Part shown: piece by piece, positions 1 through 13,944 of the stretch
How positions within the stretch are numbered: position 1 is the stretch's first letter
How the letters are laid out: each line of letters begins with the position of its first letter
Assembly: GCF_004010195.1 (NCBI RefSeq)
Contig: NC_057754.1
Span: forward strand, 11,600,008 to 11,664,007
Source of the DNA: Chiloscyllium plagiosum
Taxonomy: Eukaryota
Direction of reading: 5' to 3'
Length of the DNA stretch: 64,000 nt
Translations under genes and position numbers: made by a program
Notes under the pieces: generated by a model
What the model was told of the DNA's origin: nothing
Databases searched by the model: none
Seen by the model: only the letters and a program-made list of their open reading frames with translations

Positions 1-92
1 ACCTGATGAAGGAGCGACGATCCGAAAGCTAGTGTGCTTCCAATTAAACCTGTTGGCATGTAACCTGGTGTTGTGTGATTTTTAACTTTGTG
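1..92 (+). mobile_element. Penelope-like element end (family A) with hammerhead motif
   Basis: acCTGATGAaggagcgacgatccGAAAGCTAgtg followed by aaacctgttgg...tgttgtgtgatttttaactttgt; same family at 25071-25218 (-) and about 42418-42465. Confidence 0.75.
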
Positions 93-788
93 CAGCATTT
101 ATGACAGATGTAATCCACAGTAATCCTTAAACTCTCTTTAAACTCCCACATCTGACAAGAAGTACATATCATTCTATTAATGACCATTTTTGCTCCTTCA
201 CAATCTACAGACCCAGAAAATAACACCATCTTATTCCTCTCCAAACACTGCCCCAGGTTAAATTAATAGTTATGGCTTATATTTTAAGTTTAATCAAGAG
301 ACATATCTCCAAAAAACATATAATCAAGAAAGAACCCACTGTACTCCCTACTGCAGATTCTCTGTGGGCCACACTTAAAAACAACGATGAATTTATCTGA
401 TTCTGTGCCTTGAACTTCGCCCAACAGTTCATCCATGATCAGTTGTGAATTTCACTGCTTGTTAATTTTCCCAGATGCACTCCGATGTCCAACGATATAT
501 GAATTCAAACAGCAAAGGCAGTAAGTGTGCAGGTTCACTCTCTCTCTGTCTCTTTCTCCCCTGCAATGACCTCACCATGTACTTCCTTTGTGTGCTCTTC
601 TCCCTTTTAATATGGCTGTTGTTTTGACTTTCTTTTTCCCAAAGTTCCAAAACAATGCAACAGCATATAAAACAGTAATTGGTGCTCCTGGTGTTCGAGG
701 AAATCACCTCCAACCCCTAAAATACCTCAAAAAGGAGCAGCTGTTATAGCCAGAAATTTTTCCCATCCTCCATCTTGGATTACCCCCT
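93..788 (-). mobile_element. CR1/HER1 LINE 5'UTR and ORF1 N-terminus
   Basis: Closely similar to 11597-12283; ORF 44-244 carries CTSCQMWE...ICHKC, the ORF1 zinc finger. Confidence 0.85.
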
Positions 789-1014
789 TTCCTATTCATG
801 AACTTATCGAAATGTCTTTTAAACATTGTAACTGTACCTGCATCCACCACTTCCTCTGGCAGTTAATTCCATATCACCACTCTGTACAAAGAAAATAAAT
901 TTCCCATTATGTCTTTGTTAAATCCTTCTCCTCTCACCTTAAAAATATGCTTCCTAATTTGGATCTCCCCACCTGAGAGAAAATATCTTTGCTATTCACC
1001 TTATGTATTCACCT

Positions 1015-1300
1015 GGGCGGCATGGTGGCTCAGTGGTTAGCACTGCTGCCTCACAGCGCCAAAGACCTGGGTTCATTTCCCACCTCAGGCAACTGTCTGT
1101 GTGGAGTTTGCACATTCTCCCCGTGTCTGTGTGGGTTTCCTCCCACACTCCAAAAATGTGCAGGTTTAGCTGAATTGGCCATGTGTATTGTGAAGAGGTA
1201 AATGTAGGGGAATGGGTCTGGGTGGGTTGGTCTTCGGAGGGTCGGTGTGGACTTGTTGGCCCGAAGGGCCTGTTTCCACACTGTCAGTGATCTAATCTAT
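1015..1300 (+). mobile_element. HE1 tRNA-derived SINE
   Basis: gggcggcatggtggctcagtggttagcactgctgcctcacagcgcc head with A/B boxes; tail gggcctgtttccacactg...tctaatct. Confidence 0.9.
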
Positions 1301-1571
1301 GCCCCTGGTGATTTATAAACTTCTATAAGATCACCACTCAACCTCCTACACTTCAGCTAAAAAACATCCCAGCCTATCCATCCTGTCTCTATAATTCATT
1401 TCTGGCAACATTCTGGTAAATCTTTTCTGAACCCTCTCTGGTTTAATAATATACTTCCTATAACAGGGTGACCAGAACTGCACACTGTATTCCAGAAGAG
1501 CCCTCACCAACATCCTGTATAACCTCAACATGACGTCCCCACTCCTATACTCAAAAGTCTGAGCAATGAAG

Positions 1572-1860
1572 GGTAAAAACAAGGACTGCAGATGCTGGAA
1601 ACCAGAGTCTAGATTAGAGTGGTGCTGGAAAAGCACAGCAAGTCAGGCAGCATCCGAGGAGCAGGAAAATCAACGTTTCAGGCAAAAGCCCATCATCAGG
1701 AATAGAGGCAGGGTGCCTGCAGGGTGGAGAGATAAATGATATGGGTGTGTGGGGGTGGGGAGAAAGTAGTAGAGTACAGTAGGTTAATGGGGGTGCAGAT
1801 TGAGGTGATAGGTCAGAGAGGAGGGTGGGTTTCTTGTAGAGAGAGGAGGAAAACTCCTTC
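1572..1860 (-). mobile_element. PLE 3'-end insert (family B)
   Basis: Reverse complement reads cctgatgatgggcttttgcctgaaacgttg...cagcatctgcagtcc; flanked by an atgaagg direct repeat. Confidence 0.75.
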
Positions 1861-2129
1861 ATGAAGGCAAGTGTGCTAAACACCTTCTTAACCACCCTGT
1901 CTACCTCGATGCAAATTTCAAAGAATTATATACCTGAAGCCTCGATCTCTCTGTGTTCTACAACACTATCCAGGGTCTCACCATTCCTTGTATAAGTCCT
2001 GCCATTGTTTGTTTTACTAAAATCTAAATTAAACTCCATTTTCCACTCCTCAGCCCATTCACCCAATTGATCAAGAGCTCTGCAATCTCTGTAATCAAGA
2101 AAGAAAATAGGTTCTTTCCTTTATTATGA

Positions 2130-3260
2130 CAGGAATTGAACATAAATGTAAGGATGTTCTGCTTCATTCCTACAGGGATTGGGCGAGACAACATCTTGAA
2201 TACAGTGGGTAGGTTTTGGAATTCTGGAAATTCATTTGAGGTGATTCAGAGGAGGTTTAGCAGATTAATGCCTGGAATCAGCAGGTTGATGAAGGAGGAT
2301 AGGTTGAGCGAGATAAAAGGACAAGGAGGTGGATTAGAATTGCTGATTAAAACAGGAAAGTAATGTGATTGTGAGCAAGGATACAGGATGTGGTGAAGTA
2401 GAATCTGTATGGGTGAAGCTCAGAAACTCAAATGGGCAGAAAATGATAGTGTTCTCTAGCCCTTCTACCAAAGTGCATTATCTCTTTAGGAGTGTTGTAT
2501 TCCCTGGAATTTAGAAGATTGATGGATGATTTGATTCAAAGTTTCCAGATGTTAATCAAAGTTGGTCATGTAGATAGAGAGGAACTATTTCCACTGGATG
2601 GGTGAAGTGGGAACTCAAAAACCCTTCCAACTGCTGTAATCAGACAAGACTGGAGCTTTTTTTTTTTTGTTCACTGGATTATTCGAACAGACAAATGAGA
2701 ATAGGAGTAGGCCACTCGGCTCTTCGAGCCTGCTCTATCTCTGAATGAGATCATGGCTGATCTGATTTCAACATCAATTCTATGTGTCTGCATATCCGCC
2801 CAATAATCTTTCACTATCTTGGTCATCAAAAATTATCTGCCTCTGTCTTTAAAATATTTGAAGATTCTGCATACAGTGCCTTTTCAGGAAGCAAATTCGA
2901 TAGACTGTCAACCCTCTGAGAGAAATGTTTCCTCACCTCTGCTTTAAATGTTTTCTCACCTCACCCTTACTTTTAAACTATGATTACTACCTCTAGATTC
3001 TCCCACAAGAGGATACTTTTTTTTCAGCATCCAACTGGTCAGGTCCCCTTGGGATCTTTTATGTTTCAGTTTAGTCTCCTCTTTCTCTTCTAAATTGCAG
3101 AAGATACAGGCCTAGCCTGTCTAGCATTTCCTGACAAAGCAATCCACCTATTCCAGGTATTAGTCCATTAAGCCTTCCCTGAACTGCTTCCAATATATTA
3201 GCAACTTTCTAAGTACAGTGACAGTACTGAGCACAGTCCTCCACATGCAGCCTCACCAGT
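2130..3260. mobile_element. Old degenerate CR1-like fragments (+ then -)
   Basis: IQRRFSRLMPG motif; CR1-type 3' tail gtaggccactcggctcttcgagcctgctc. Confidence 0.6.
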
Positions 3261-3339
3261 ACGGAAGGGGGAATGCATGTATCCCAAGAGGGTACATTCC
3301 CACTTGCTTATGGTCATAAATTTTCAGCAAGCCTTCAGA

Positions 3340-5620
3340 ACATTGATTAGGCCACGGTTGGAATATTGCATGCAATTCTGGCCTCACTCCTACTGGAAGG
3401 ATGGTGTGCAACTTGAAAGGGTTCAGAAAAGATTTACAAGGGTTTTGCCAGGGTTGGAGGATTTGAGCCATAGGCTGTGGCTGTTTTCCCTCATGCATCG
3501 GAGGCTGAGGGGTAATCTTCTAGAGGTTAATAAAATCATGAGAGGCATGGATAGGATAAACACGCAAGGTCCTCTCCCAAAGGTAGCAGAGTCCAAAACT
3601 GGAGAGCATAGGTTTAAGGTGAGAGGAGAAAGATTAAAAGGGACTTAAGTGACAACTTTTTCACACGAATGATATTTGCCTCCTCACTCTCCACAGGAGT
3701 CATACTGGAGGATTGGAAGGTGGTGAATGTTGTTCCTCTATTCATGAAGGGTAATAGTGAAATCCCTGGCAATTACAGACCAGTCAGTCTTATGTCTGTC
3801 GTCAGCAAAGTTTTGGGAAGAATTCTGAGGGATAGGATTTATGACTATTTGTCAAAACATAATGTGATTAAGGGAGTCAGCGTGGCTTTGTGAGGGGCAG
3901 GTCATGCCTCACAAATCTTACTCAGTTCTTTGAGTAGGTGAAAAGTGTGTTGCTGGAAAAGCGCAGCAGGTCAGGCAGCATCCAAGGAGCAGGAGAATCG
4001 ACGTTTCGGGCATAAGCCCTTCTTTCCTGAAGAAGGGCCTATGCTCGAAACATCGATTCTCCTGTTCCTTGGATGCTGCCTGACCTGCTGCGCTTTTCCA
4101 GCAACACATTTTTCAGCTCTGATCTCCAGCATCTGCAGTCCTCACTTTCTCTGAGTTCTTTGAGGAGGTGTCAAGACAGGTCAATGATGGTCGAGCAGTG
4201 GATGTGGTGTATGTGGATTTCAGCAAGGCATTTGATAGGGTTCCCCATGTTAGGCTCATTGATAAAGTCAGGAAGTATGGGATACAGAGAGATTTGGCTA
4301 TCTGGATTCAGAATTGGCTGGCTGACAGAAGGCAGAGAGTGGTTGTAGATGGAAAGTATTCTGCCTGGCGGTCAGTGTTGAGTGGGGTCCCGCAGGGCTC
4401 TGTTCTTGGGCCTCTGCGCTTTGTGGTTTTTATAAATGACTTGGATGAGGAGATTGAGGGGTGGGTTAGTAAATTTGCAGATGACACAGAGGTTGGAGGT
4501 ACTGTCGATAGTATAGAGGGCTTCTGCAGGCTGCAGTGTGACATAGACAGGATGCAGAGCTGGGCTAAGAAATGGCAGATGGAGTTCAAACTGGATAAAT
4601 ACAAAGTGATGCATTTTGGAAGGTTGACTTCGAATGCTGAATATAGGATTACAGACAGGATTCTTGTCAGTGTGGAGGAACAGAGGGATCTGGGTGTGCA
4701 AGTACATAGATCCCTCAAAATTGCCACCCCAAGTGGATAGGATTGTTAAGAAAGCATATGGTGTTTTGGCTTTCATTAACAGGGAGATCATGTTTAAGAG
4801 CCGCGAGGTTTTGCTACAGCTCTACAAGTCCCTAGTGAGACCATATTTGGAATATTGTGTCCAGTTCTGGTCGCCCTACTATAGGAAAGATACAGAGGCT
4901 TTGGAGAGGGTGCAAAGAAGGTTTACCAGGATGCTGCCTGGACTGGAGGGCTTGCCTTATGAAGAGAGGTTGAATAAGCTCGGACTTTTCTCTCTGGAGA
5001 GAAGGAGGAAGAGAGGAGACCTGATCGAGGTGTACAAAATAATGAGTGGAATGGATAGAGTCAATAGCCAGAGACTTTTCCCCAGGGTAGGATTAACTGG
5101 TACAAGAAGTCATAGTTTGAAGATATTAGGAGGAAGGTATAAAGGAGACATCAGAGGTAGGTTCTTTACGCAGAGAGTTGTGAATGCATGGAATGCGTTG
5201 CCAGCTGTGGTGGTGGAAGCAGAGTCATTGGGGACATTTAAGCAATTGCTGGACATGCACATGGATAGCAGTGAGTTGGGGAGTGCGTAGGTTAAGTTAC
5301 TATATTTTACATTAGGATTAAATCTCGGCACAACATTGTGGGCCAAAGGGCTTGTTCTGTGCTGTACTTTTCTATGTTCTATGAGTGGTGCATGTATGAC
5401 ACAGGGTGGTACGTGTATGGATTGAAAAGCCCGAGCAGCTGGTGGACGCTGGTACAATTACAACATTTAAAAGGCTTGTGGATAGGTATTTAAATAGGAA
5501 GAGTTTATAAAGACAAAAGCCAAAGGTTTGCAAATGGGGCTAGATTAATTTAGGATATCTGGTTGGCATGGATGAGTTAGACTGAAGGGTCTGTTTCTGT
5601 GATACCTATGTCAATGACCT
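3340..5620 (+). mobile_element. CR1 3' fragment with a younger nested 5'-truncated CR1 (3669-5383)
   Basis: RT motifs DFSKAFD, SGVPQGSVLGP, SKFADD (ORFs 4168-4740 and 4634-5290); tail ttctatgttctatg at about 5370-5383; host resumes near 5400. Confidence 0.9.
3941..4150 (+). mobile_element. Palindromic PLE mini-element (family B)
   Basis: About 85-bp inverted arms; TSD ctcagttctttgagtaggtg (3921-3940) / ctgagttctttgaggaggtg (4151-4170). Confidence 0.85.
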
Positions 5621-5903
5621 TAAGCCTAGGTCATTTACATTGATCCAATTACAGATTGACCAGGTTCTGGCCAGCCAGTTGTACAGTTCGTATTGTTACA
5701 CAGACAGCATTGTTATGGTATCACTGAAACCTCCCACTTCACTGGTCTGCAGAAATAATGACTGGCTGCAGTCTGTTCCCACAACCTGGTTAGTCCTTCA
5801 TTTTTCAAATTCTGCCCTTTCAAGGACATTAATGATCCAAGTGGTTTTTATGACAATCTGGCAGCTTTTATTCAATTTTTCCTGTTTTAAATTTATTTTA
5901 CAG

Positions 5904-6130
5904 ACAGGAATCTCACGTCAAATGTTGGATCAAGAGCTGTCATTAATGCCTGATTCTCAGGAGCTGAATATCACCAGCTTTGAACATGGAAGGAAAAAGC
6001 ATTGTTCAATGTGAAGAGCAACCATACGTGTGTTCTGTGCTTGCACAAGGCTTCAGCCAATCATCTGGCCTGTCGAGACATAAATGCAATCAAAACAGAC
6101 AGACAACAATGACATATCATGGTCATGGAT
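5904..6130 (+). pseudogene. Truncated C2H2 zinc-finger gene relic
   Basis: Acceptor ttttacag, then ctttgaacATGgaagg; [34 protein letters not shown] is homologous to the N-terminus of 26999-27865. Confidence 0.8.
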
Positions 6131-6154
6131 CTCAGTTTGAGCTAAGCAAGGGCT

Positions 6155-6265
6155 TATTCCCGAAACGTCGATTCTCCTGTTCCTTTGATGCTGCCTGACC
6201 TGCTGCGTTTTCCAGCAACACATTTTTAAGCTCTGATCGCCAGCATCTGCAGTCCTCACTTTCTC
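6155..6265 (+). mobile_element. Short PLE end (family B)
   Basis: 13-bp TSD ctaagcaagggct at 6142-6154 and 6266-6278. Confidence 0.8.
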
Positions 6266-6924
6266 CTAAGCAAGGGCTGCTCAGCTCCTGATCCCTGTTT
6301 TGGTGCAAACATGGACAAAGGATCTCAATTTCAAATGTGATGGTGACTGTCCTTGAAATTAAGGACCCATTCGATAGAGTATTGTATCAAGGCATTGTAG
6401 CAAAACTTGAGATAACAACCATCTGCGAATGCTATTCTCCCCATGATAGCAAATGCTTGCAAAGCTCGAGGAATCAGACCTGAGTAGATTATCACAAGAG
6501 AATCTATTCGAGCTTGTACAACAGATGTGTGGAAGAGGTCTCTCAGTCAAGCTTAGCGATACTCTGCCATTTACAGTTCAAAACAGCACATTTTGTGTCA
6601 CAACAGTTATATGCAATATTGGTATAAAATAAATGCTAGTCATTTATTGCAAAAACAAGTTTAGTAGTTTCTTGCAAAGTTCTGAGTTTCTTTCAGTTCT
6701 TATTGTCCATTTTGGAGGGCAGTTCAGAATCTCACAATGATCTGCCCGTACTGCTCATAAACAGCTTTTCACTGTACTTAGGCACACATAGCAATAAATA
6801 AATAAAAGTCTAGTGGTCATGTGCAGTCCAGACCAGGTAAAGACAACAGTTTCCTTGCCTTAAAAGCATTCCTGTGCCAGATGGGTTCTTCCCAACAATC
6901 AACACATGGTCATGATTTGACTCT

Positions 6925-9900
6925 TCGGAGTTATAGAGTCTGACAGTATGGAGACAAGCCCTTTGGCCCAAACTGGTCCATGTCGACCAAAATGTCCAAC
7001 AGTGCGAACCCCATTTCCCTGCACTTGGCCCATTTTTTTCTAAACCTTTCCTATCCATGCATAAATGCATTTTTAATGTTGTTAATGTACCTGCCTCAAC
7101 CACTTCCGCTAGCAGCTCATTCTATATGCGTACACCCTGTGTATAAAAAAGTTATCCTCAGGTTCTTCTTATTCTTTGCCCACTAACCTTAAACTGATGC
7201 CTTGAAGTCCTCAATTCCCCATTCCTGGGGGAAAAAATGAGTGCATTCACCCTATCCAATTCCTCGCATGATCTTTTATACTTCTATAAGGTCCCCCTAA
7301 CTCATCTGTGCTCTGAAGAAAAAGACCTAACCTGTTTCATCTTTCCCTATAACTCAGACAGTTGAGTCCCGGCAACATTCTTGTAATTTTTTTCTTCATT
7401 CTTTCCAGTTTGATAACATCCTTCCTATAACAAGGTGACCAAAACTGAACACAATGCTCCAAGTGCGGCCTCAACAGTGTCCTGTACAACTGCAACATAA
7501 CTTCCCAATTTCTATACTCAATGCCCTGACTGATAAAGGCCAGCGTGCCAAAAGCCTTCTTCACTGCCCTGTCTCCTGTGACTCAACTTTCAGAGAACCA
7601 AGCACTTGAACTCCAATGACCCTCTGTTCCACAATATTCCTTAAGTAACTGTGTATCCAATTTGCCAGCTCCACGTGGATTTCACGCAGTCTAACCTTCC
7701 AGAGCAGCATACCATGTGCAATATTACCAAAAGCCTTACTGAAATCCATGTGGACTATGTCTGCTGTCCAGCCCTCGTCACTTTGCCTGGTCACTTCATC
7801 AAAGCACTCTTAACAAATTTGTGAGGCATGATCTCCCACACACAAAGCCATGCTGACTGCTTCCAATGAAACCCTGTCATAGAGTCATAGAGATGTACGG
7901 CATGGAAACAGACCCTTTGGTCCAATCCGTCCATGCTGACCAGATATCCTAACCCAATCTCGTCCCACCTGCCAGGACCCAGACCATATCCCTCCAAACC
8001 CTTCCTATTCATATACCCATCCAAATGCCTGTTAAATGTCGCAATTGTACCAGCCTCAACCACTTTCTCTGGCAGCTCATTCCATACCCGTACCATCCTC
8101 TATGAAAATGTTCCCCCTTAGGTCTCATTTATATCTTTCCCCTCTCACCCTAAACCTATGCCCTCTAGTTCTGGACTTCATGACTCAAGGGAAAAGACTT
8201 TGTCCATTTATCCTATCCATGCCCCTCATAATTTTGTAAACTTCAATAAAGTCACCCCTCAGCCTCCAACGCTCCAGGGAAAACAGCCCCAGCCTGTTCA
8301 GCCTCTCCCCACAGCTCAAATCCTCCAGGCCTGGCAACATCCTTGTAAATCTTTTCTGAACCCTTTCAAGTTTCACAACATCTTTCTGATAGGAAGGAGA
8401 CCAGAATTGCATGCAATATTCCAACAGTGGCCTAACCAATGTCCTGTACAGCCGCAACATGACCTTCCAACTCCTGTACTCTGACCAATAAAAGAAAGCA
8501 TACCACATGCCTTGTTCACTATTCTAACTAGCTGCAAATCCACTTTCAAGGTGCTATGAACCTGCACTCCAAGGTTTCTTTGTTCAGCAATGCTCCCTAA
8601 GACCTTACCATAAAGTGTATAAGTCCTGCTAAGATTTGCTTTCCCAAAATGCAGGTCCTCACATTTATCTGAATTAAACTCCATCTGCTTCTTCTCGGCC
8701 CATTGGCCCATCTGATCAAGATCCTGTTGTAATCTGAGGTAACCTTCTTCAGAATCCATTATACCACCAATTTTGGTGTCATCTGCAAACTTACTAACTG
8801 TACCTCTTATGCTCGCATCCAAATCATTTATGGAAGTGCACTCCACTGGTGACAGGCCTCCAGTCTGAAAACAGCCCTCCAGCACCACCCTCTGTCTTCC
8901 ACCTTTGAGCCAGTTTTATACCCAAATGGCTAGTTCTTCCTTTATTCCGTGAGATCTAACCTTGCTAACTAGTCTCCCATGGGGACCCTTGTCGACCACC
9001 TTACTGAAGTCCATATAGATCACATCTACCGCTCTGCCTTCATCAAAAAACTCAATCAAGTTTGTGAGACATGATTTCCCATGCGCAAAGACATGTTGAC
9101 TATCCCTAATCAGTCCTTGCCTTCCAAATACATATACACCCTGTCCGTCAGGATTCCCTCCAACAATTTGCCCACTACCAATATCAGGCTCACTGGTCTA
9201 TAATTCTCTGGCTTGTCCTTACCACCCTTCTTAAACAGTGGCACCAACCTCCAGTCTTCCGGCACCTCACCTGTGACTATCATTAATGAAAATATCTCAG
9301 CAAGAGGCCCAGCAATCACTCCTCTAGCTTCCCACAGAGGTCTAGGTAACACCTGATCAGGTCCTGGGAATTTATCCACCGTTATGCATTTCAAGACATC
9401 CAGCACCTCCTCTTCTGTAATATGGACATTTTGCAAGGTGTCACCATCTATTTCTCTACTTTCTATATCTTCCATATTCTTTTCCACAATAAATACTGAT
9501 GCAAAATACTCAGTTAGTATCTCCCCCGTTTTCTGTGGCTCCACACAAAGACCGCCTTGCTGATCATTGAGGGGCCCTATTCTCTCCCCGGTTATCCTTT
9601 TTTCCTTAATGTATTTGTAAAACCTCTTTGAATTCTCCTTAACTCTATTTGCCAAAGCTATTTCATGTCCCCTTTTTGCCCTTCTGATTTCCCTCTTAAG
9701 TATACTCCTACTTCCTTTATACTCTTCTAAGGATTCACTCGATCTATCCTGTCTATACCTTACATATGCTTCCTTCTTTTTCTTAACCAAACCCTCAATT
9801 TCTTTAGTCATCCAGCATTCGCTATACCTACTAGCCTTTCCTTTCACTCGAACAGGAATATACTTTCTCTGGATTCTCGTTATCTCATTTCTGAAGGCTT

Positions 9901-12900
9901 CCTATTTTCCAGCCGTCCCTTTCCCTGTGAACATTTGCCCCCAATCAGTTTTCGAAAGGTTTTGCCTAATACCATCAAAACTGGCCTTTCTCCGATTTAG
10001 AACTTCAACTTTTAGATCTGGTCTATCCCTTTCCATCATTATTTTAAATCTAATAAAATTATGGTCGTTGGCCCCAGAGTGCTCCCCCACTGATACCTCA
10101 GTCACCTGCCCTGCCATATTTCCCAAGAGTAGGTCAAGTTTTGCACCTTCTCTAGTAGGTACATCCACATACTGAATCAGAAAATTGTCTTGTACACACT
10201 TAAGAAATTCCTCTCCATCTAAACCTTTAACACTATGGCAGTCCCAGTCGATGTTTGGAAAGTTAAAATCCCCTACCATAACTACCCTATTATTCTTACA
10301 GATAGCTGAGATCTCCTTACAAGTTTGTTTCTCAATTTCCCTCTGACTATTGCGGGGGTCTATAATACAATCCCAATAAGGTGATCATACCTTTCTTATT
10401 TCTCAGTTCCACCTAAATAACTTCCCTGGATGTATATCTGGGAATATCCTCACTCAGCACAGCTGTAATGCTATTCCTTATCAAAAACACCACTCCCCCC
10501 TCCTCTCTTGCCTCCCTTTCTATCCTTCCTGTAGCATTTGTATCCTGGAACATTAAGCTGCCAGTCCTGCCCAGCCTTGAGCCATGTAGGCACCTTGCAT
10601 TGAAATAAATGCAGTTTAATTTATTAGTCCTACCTTGTCCCTGCCTGCCCTGACTGTTTGATTCGCTTCTGTTCTCAACTGTACCACTCTCAGATTGATC
10701 TCTTTCCTCAGTACCTCCCTGGGTCCCCCACCTCTCCTTACTAGTTTAAATCCTCTGAAGCAGCTCTAGCAAATCTTTCTGCCAGTATATTACTCCCCTT
10801 CCAATTTATGTGCAAACCATCCTTCTTATACAGGTCACTTCTACCCCAAAAGAGAATCCAATGGTCCAAAAATGTGAATCCTTCTCCCATACACCAGCTC
10901 CTCAGCTATGCATTCATCTGGTCTATCCTCCTATTCCTGCCCTCACTAGTTCGTAACACCAGGAGTGATCCAGATATTACTACTCTCGAGGACCTCCTTT
11001 TTAAATTCCTGCCTAACTCTCTGTAATCTCCCTTCAGAATCTCAAACTTTTCCTTTCCTATGTCGTTGGTTCCAATGTGGTCATTGACCGCTTGCTGGCC
11101 CCTCTCCCCCTTGAGAACATTCTGCACCCTCTCTGAGACATCCTTGATCCTGGCACCAGGGAAGCAACACACCATTCTGATTTTTTCCTGCTGGCCACAG
11201 AAACGTCTGCCTGTACTTCAGACTAGACAGCCCTCTAACACAATTGATCTCTTGCAACCTGACATACCCCGCATTGCATTAGAGCCAGTCTCAATACCAG
11301 ACACTTGGCTGTTCATGCTGCATTCCCCTGAGAATCCATCACCTCATACATTTTACAAAACAGCATATTTGTTTGAAATGGGTATAGCCACAGAAGGCTC
11401 CTGCACTAGCTACCTCACTCTCTTACCTTTCCTGGAGTTAATCCATCTATGTGACTGTATCTGAGACTCCCGCACCCCCCCCCCCCTCCCCACTTCCTAT
11501 AACTGCCATCCTTAACATACTGCTGCTGTTGCAAATTCCTCATTGCTTCTAATTGTCTCTCCAACCGATCCATTTGATCTGCTAAAATTCGCAGCCTGCA
11601 GCATTTATGGCAGATATAATCCACAGTAACCCTTAAACTCCCTTTAAACTCCCAAATCTGACAAGAAGTACATATCACTCTACTAAAGGCCATTTTTTGC
11701 TCCTCCACAATCTGCAGACCCAGAAAATAACACCCTCTTATTCCTCTACAAAAAACGCCCCAGGTTAAATTAATAGTTATGGCTTATATTTTAAATTTAA
11801 TCAAAAGGCATATCTCAAAAAGCATATAATCAAGAAAGAACCCACTCTACTCACTACTGCAGACTTAAAATCAATACACTTATCTGCTTCTGTGCTGTGA
11901 ACTTCACCCAAAGAGTTCTTCCAAGATCAGTTGTGAATTCACTGTTTGTTAATTTTCCCAAATGCACTCCGATGTCCAGCGATACATGAATTCAAACAGC
12001 AAAGGCAGTAACTGTGGAGATTCACTGCTGTGTCAGTTTCTTTCTCTCTCTCTCTCCTGCACTGACCTCACCATGTGCTTCCTTTGTCTGTTCTTCTCCC
12101 TTTTAATACCGCTGTTGTTTTGACTTTTTTTGCCAAAGTTCCAAAACAATGCAATAGCATATAAAACAGTAATTGCTGCTCCTGGAATTCGAGGAAATCA
12201 CCTCCAACACCTAAAATACATCAAAAAAGGAGCAGCTGTTACAGCCAGAAATTTTTCCCATCCTCCATCTTGGATTACCCAAAATCCATGTATATCTTAT
12301 CCCTAAGAATCTTCGCAAGTAACTTACCTACCACAGATGTTAGGTTACTTGTCTGTAGTTTCCAGGTTTTTCTTTACAGCCCTTTGTGAATAAGGGCACA
12401 ACATTCACTACCCTCCAGTCTTCTAGGACCTCACCCATGGCTAATGATGATGGAAAATGATCAGCTAGGGCTCCCACAATTTTTTCTCTAGCCACTTGCA
12501 GGGTTCTTGAATGTATCTGAGCCAGACCAGAAGATTTATCCATCTTCATACATTCTAATACATGCAACACTTCCTCTATGGTGATACAGACTGTCCCCGA
12601 GATTTCACCATGAACCTCATCAAGTTCCCAATCTTCATGTCTTTCTCCATGGTAAACACAGAAGAGAAATATTCATTGAGAACCTTGCCCATCTCCAGTA
12701 GTTCTACAAATACATAGCCATTTTGGTCCTTGAGGGGACCTATTCTCTCTCTAGTTATTCTTTTTTTCCTTTAATATACTTAAATAACCTGTTTGGCTTT
12801 ACCCTAATCTTCTCAGCCAAGGCTACTTCGTGCCCCTGCTTCATCCTCCTGAATTGCTTCTTCAGTAGCCTCGCGCATCCCCTGTATATCTCCAGGGATT

Positions 12901-13010
12901 CTCTTGATCCCAACTGCCCGTACCTGAGTCATAACTCCTTCTATTTCTGGTCAAAGCCTCAATATCTCTTGTCATCCGGGGTTCCCTATTCCTGTCAATC
13001 TTGCCTTTCT
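6925..13010 (-). mobile_element. CR1 host element (6925-7875 and 12284-13010) split by a near-full-length CR1
   Basis: ORF2 motifs continue across the insert (MDFSKAF on the left, KEKPGNYR on the right). Confidence 0.75.
7876..12283 (-). mobile_element. Near-full-length decayed CR1/HER1 LINE
   Basis: 5'UTR, ORF1 (CTSCQIWE..ICHKC; esterase-like CFPGARIKDV..HIGTNDI), ORF2 APE (MVGDFNFPNIDW), NYRPVSL, SKFADD and ctatga tail; frameshifted. Confidence 0.92.
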
Positions 13011-13830
13011 AGCGTCATCTCCCTGGTCTAATATTCCAACCTGTGGTCAAGAATGGAAAGTATCACAAAGCCTTCTTGACCACCTGATCTCCCTGTCCAA
13101 CCACCTTCAGGGATTTGTGAATGTACACTCCAAGGTCTCTTTGTTCCTCTACTCCACTCAGTACCCTCACTTTTAAAGTGCACTCCTTAGTTTGCCCTAC
13201 CCAAATTCATTATCAGCCATTTCTCTAGACTGAATTCCATTAGTCTTTTTTTTCTCTTTCTACCTGATTGATATCTCACTGCAGGCCACCGCTTTCTCTC
13301 ATGGTCAACTATGTGCTCAATGGAGTGTAGAAGGATGAGGGATGATCCAATTGAAACTTACAGAATACAGAATGGTCTGAATAGAGTACTTGTCAGGAAG
13401 ATGTTTCCATTGGTAGGAGAGACCAGAGCATCAGGGTACAGCCATTGAGTAAAGGGAAGACCCCTTAGAAAGGAAATGAAGAGAATTTTCTTCAGCCAGA
13501 GAGTGGTGAATCTATGGAATTCTTTGCCAAAGAAGGCTGTGTAGGCCAGGTCATTGAGTATATTTAAGACAGAGATAGATAGGTTCTTAATTGTTAGGAG
13601 GATCAAAGGTTATGGGGAGAAGGTGGAAGGGTATGGTTGAGAAACATATCAGACATTATTGCATGGTGGAGCAGACTAGATGGGCCAAATGGCTTAATTT
13701 CTGTTCCTTTTTCTTATGGTCTGATACATGATCGATTGTTGCATCGTCTGCAAACTTCTAAATGATGTTTCAACAACTAAGTCAAAATAATTCATCTACA
13801 TCAGAAAACAGTGGAACACCACTGGAAACG
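13010..13830. mobile_element. Degenerate CR1 fragments (- host with + insert at about 13320-13720)
   Basis: CR1 C-terminal and 3'UTR motifs (ttcttcagccagagagtggtgaatctatggaat). Confidence 0.65.
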
Positions 13831-13944
13831 GGTGGTTAGACATAGCTCATTCCTAGTTGGGATTAACAGCAGCAATAACGGCAGAATGTAACCTCTGCTG
13901 TCAGATATAAACTTGCTGGTGTCTCCGGAACTTGCTTTTCTGAC

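Larger units (their letters stand above)
789..2090 (-). mobile_element. CR1 LINE 3' fragment, interrupted by an HE1 SINE and a PLE insert
   Basis: LYRMLVRALLEYSVQFWSP...ERVQKRFTRM, the CR1 ORF2 C-terminal motif. Confidence 0.85.

Noticed and set aside
1015..1090. Functional tRNA genes at HE1 heads
   Set aside because: The tRNA-like heads continue into SINE body and tail
3918..4154. Recurrent ORF MCCWKSAAGQAAS.. on both strands as a small protein family
   Set aside because: A by-product of the palindromic PLE ends
4168..5290. Active reverse transcriptase gene
   Set aside because: 5'-truncated, frameshifted and interrupted by a PLE
6420..6635. Short open frame MLAKLEESDLSRLSQENLFELVQQMCG..
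   Set aside because: No splice context or recognisable family
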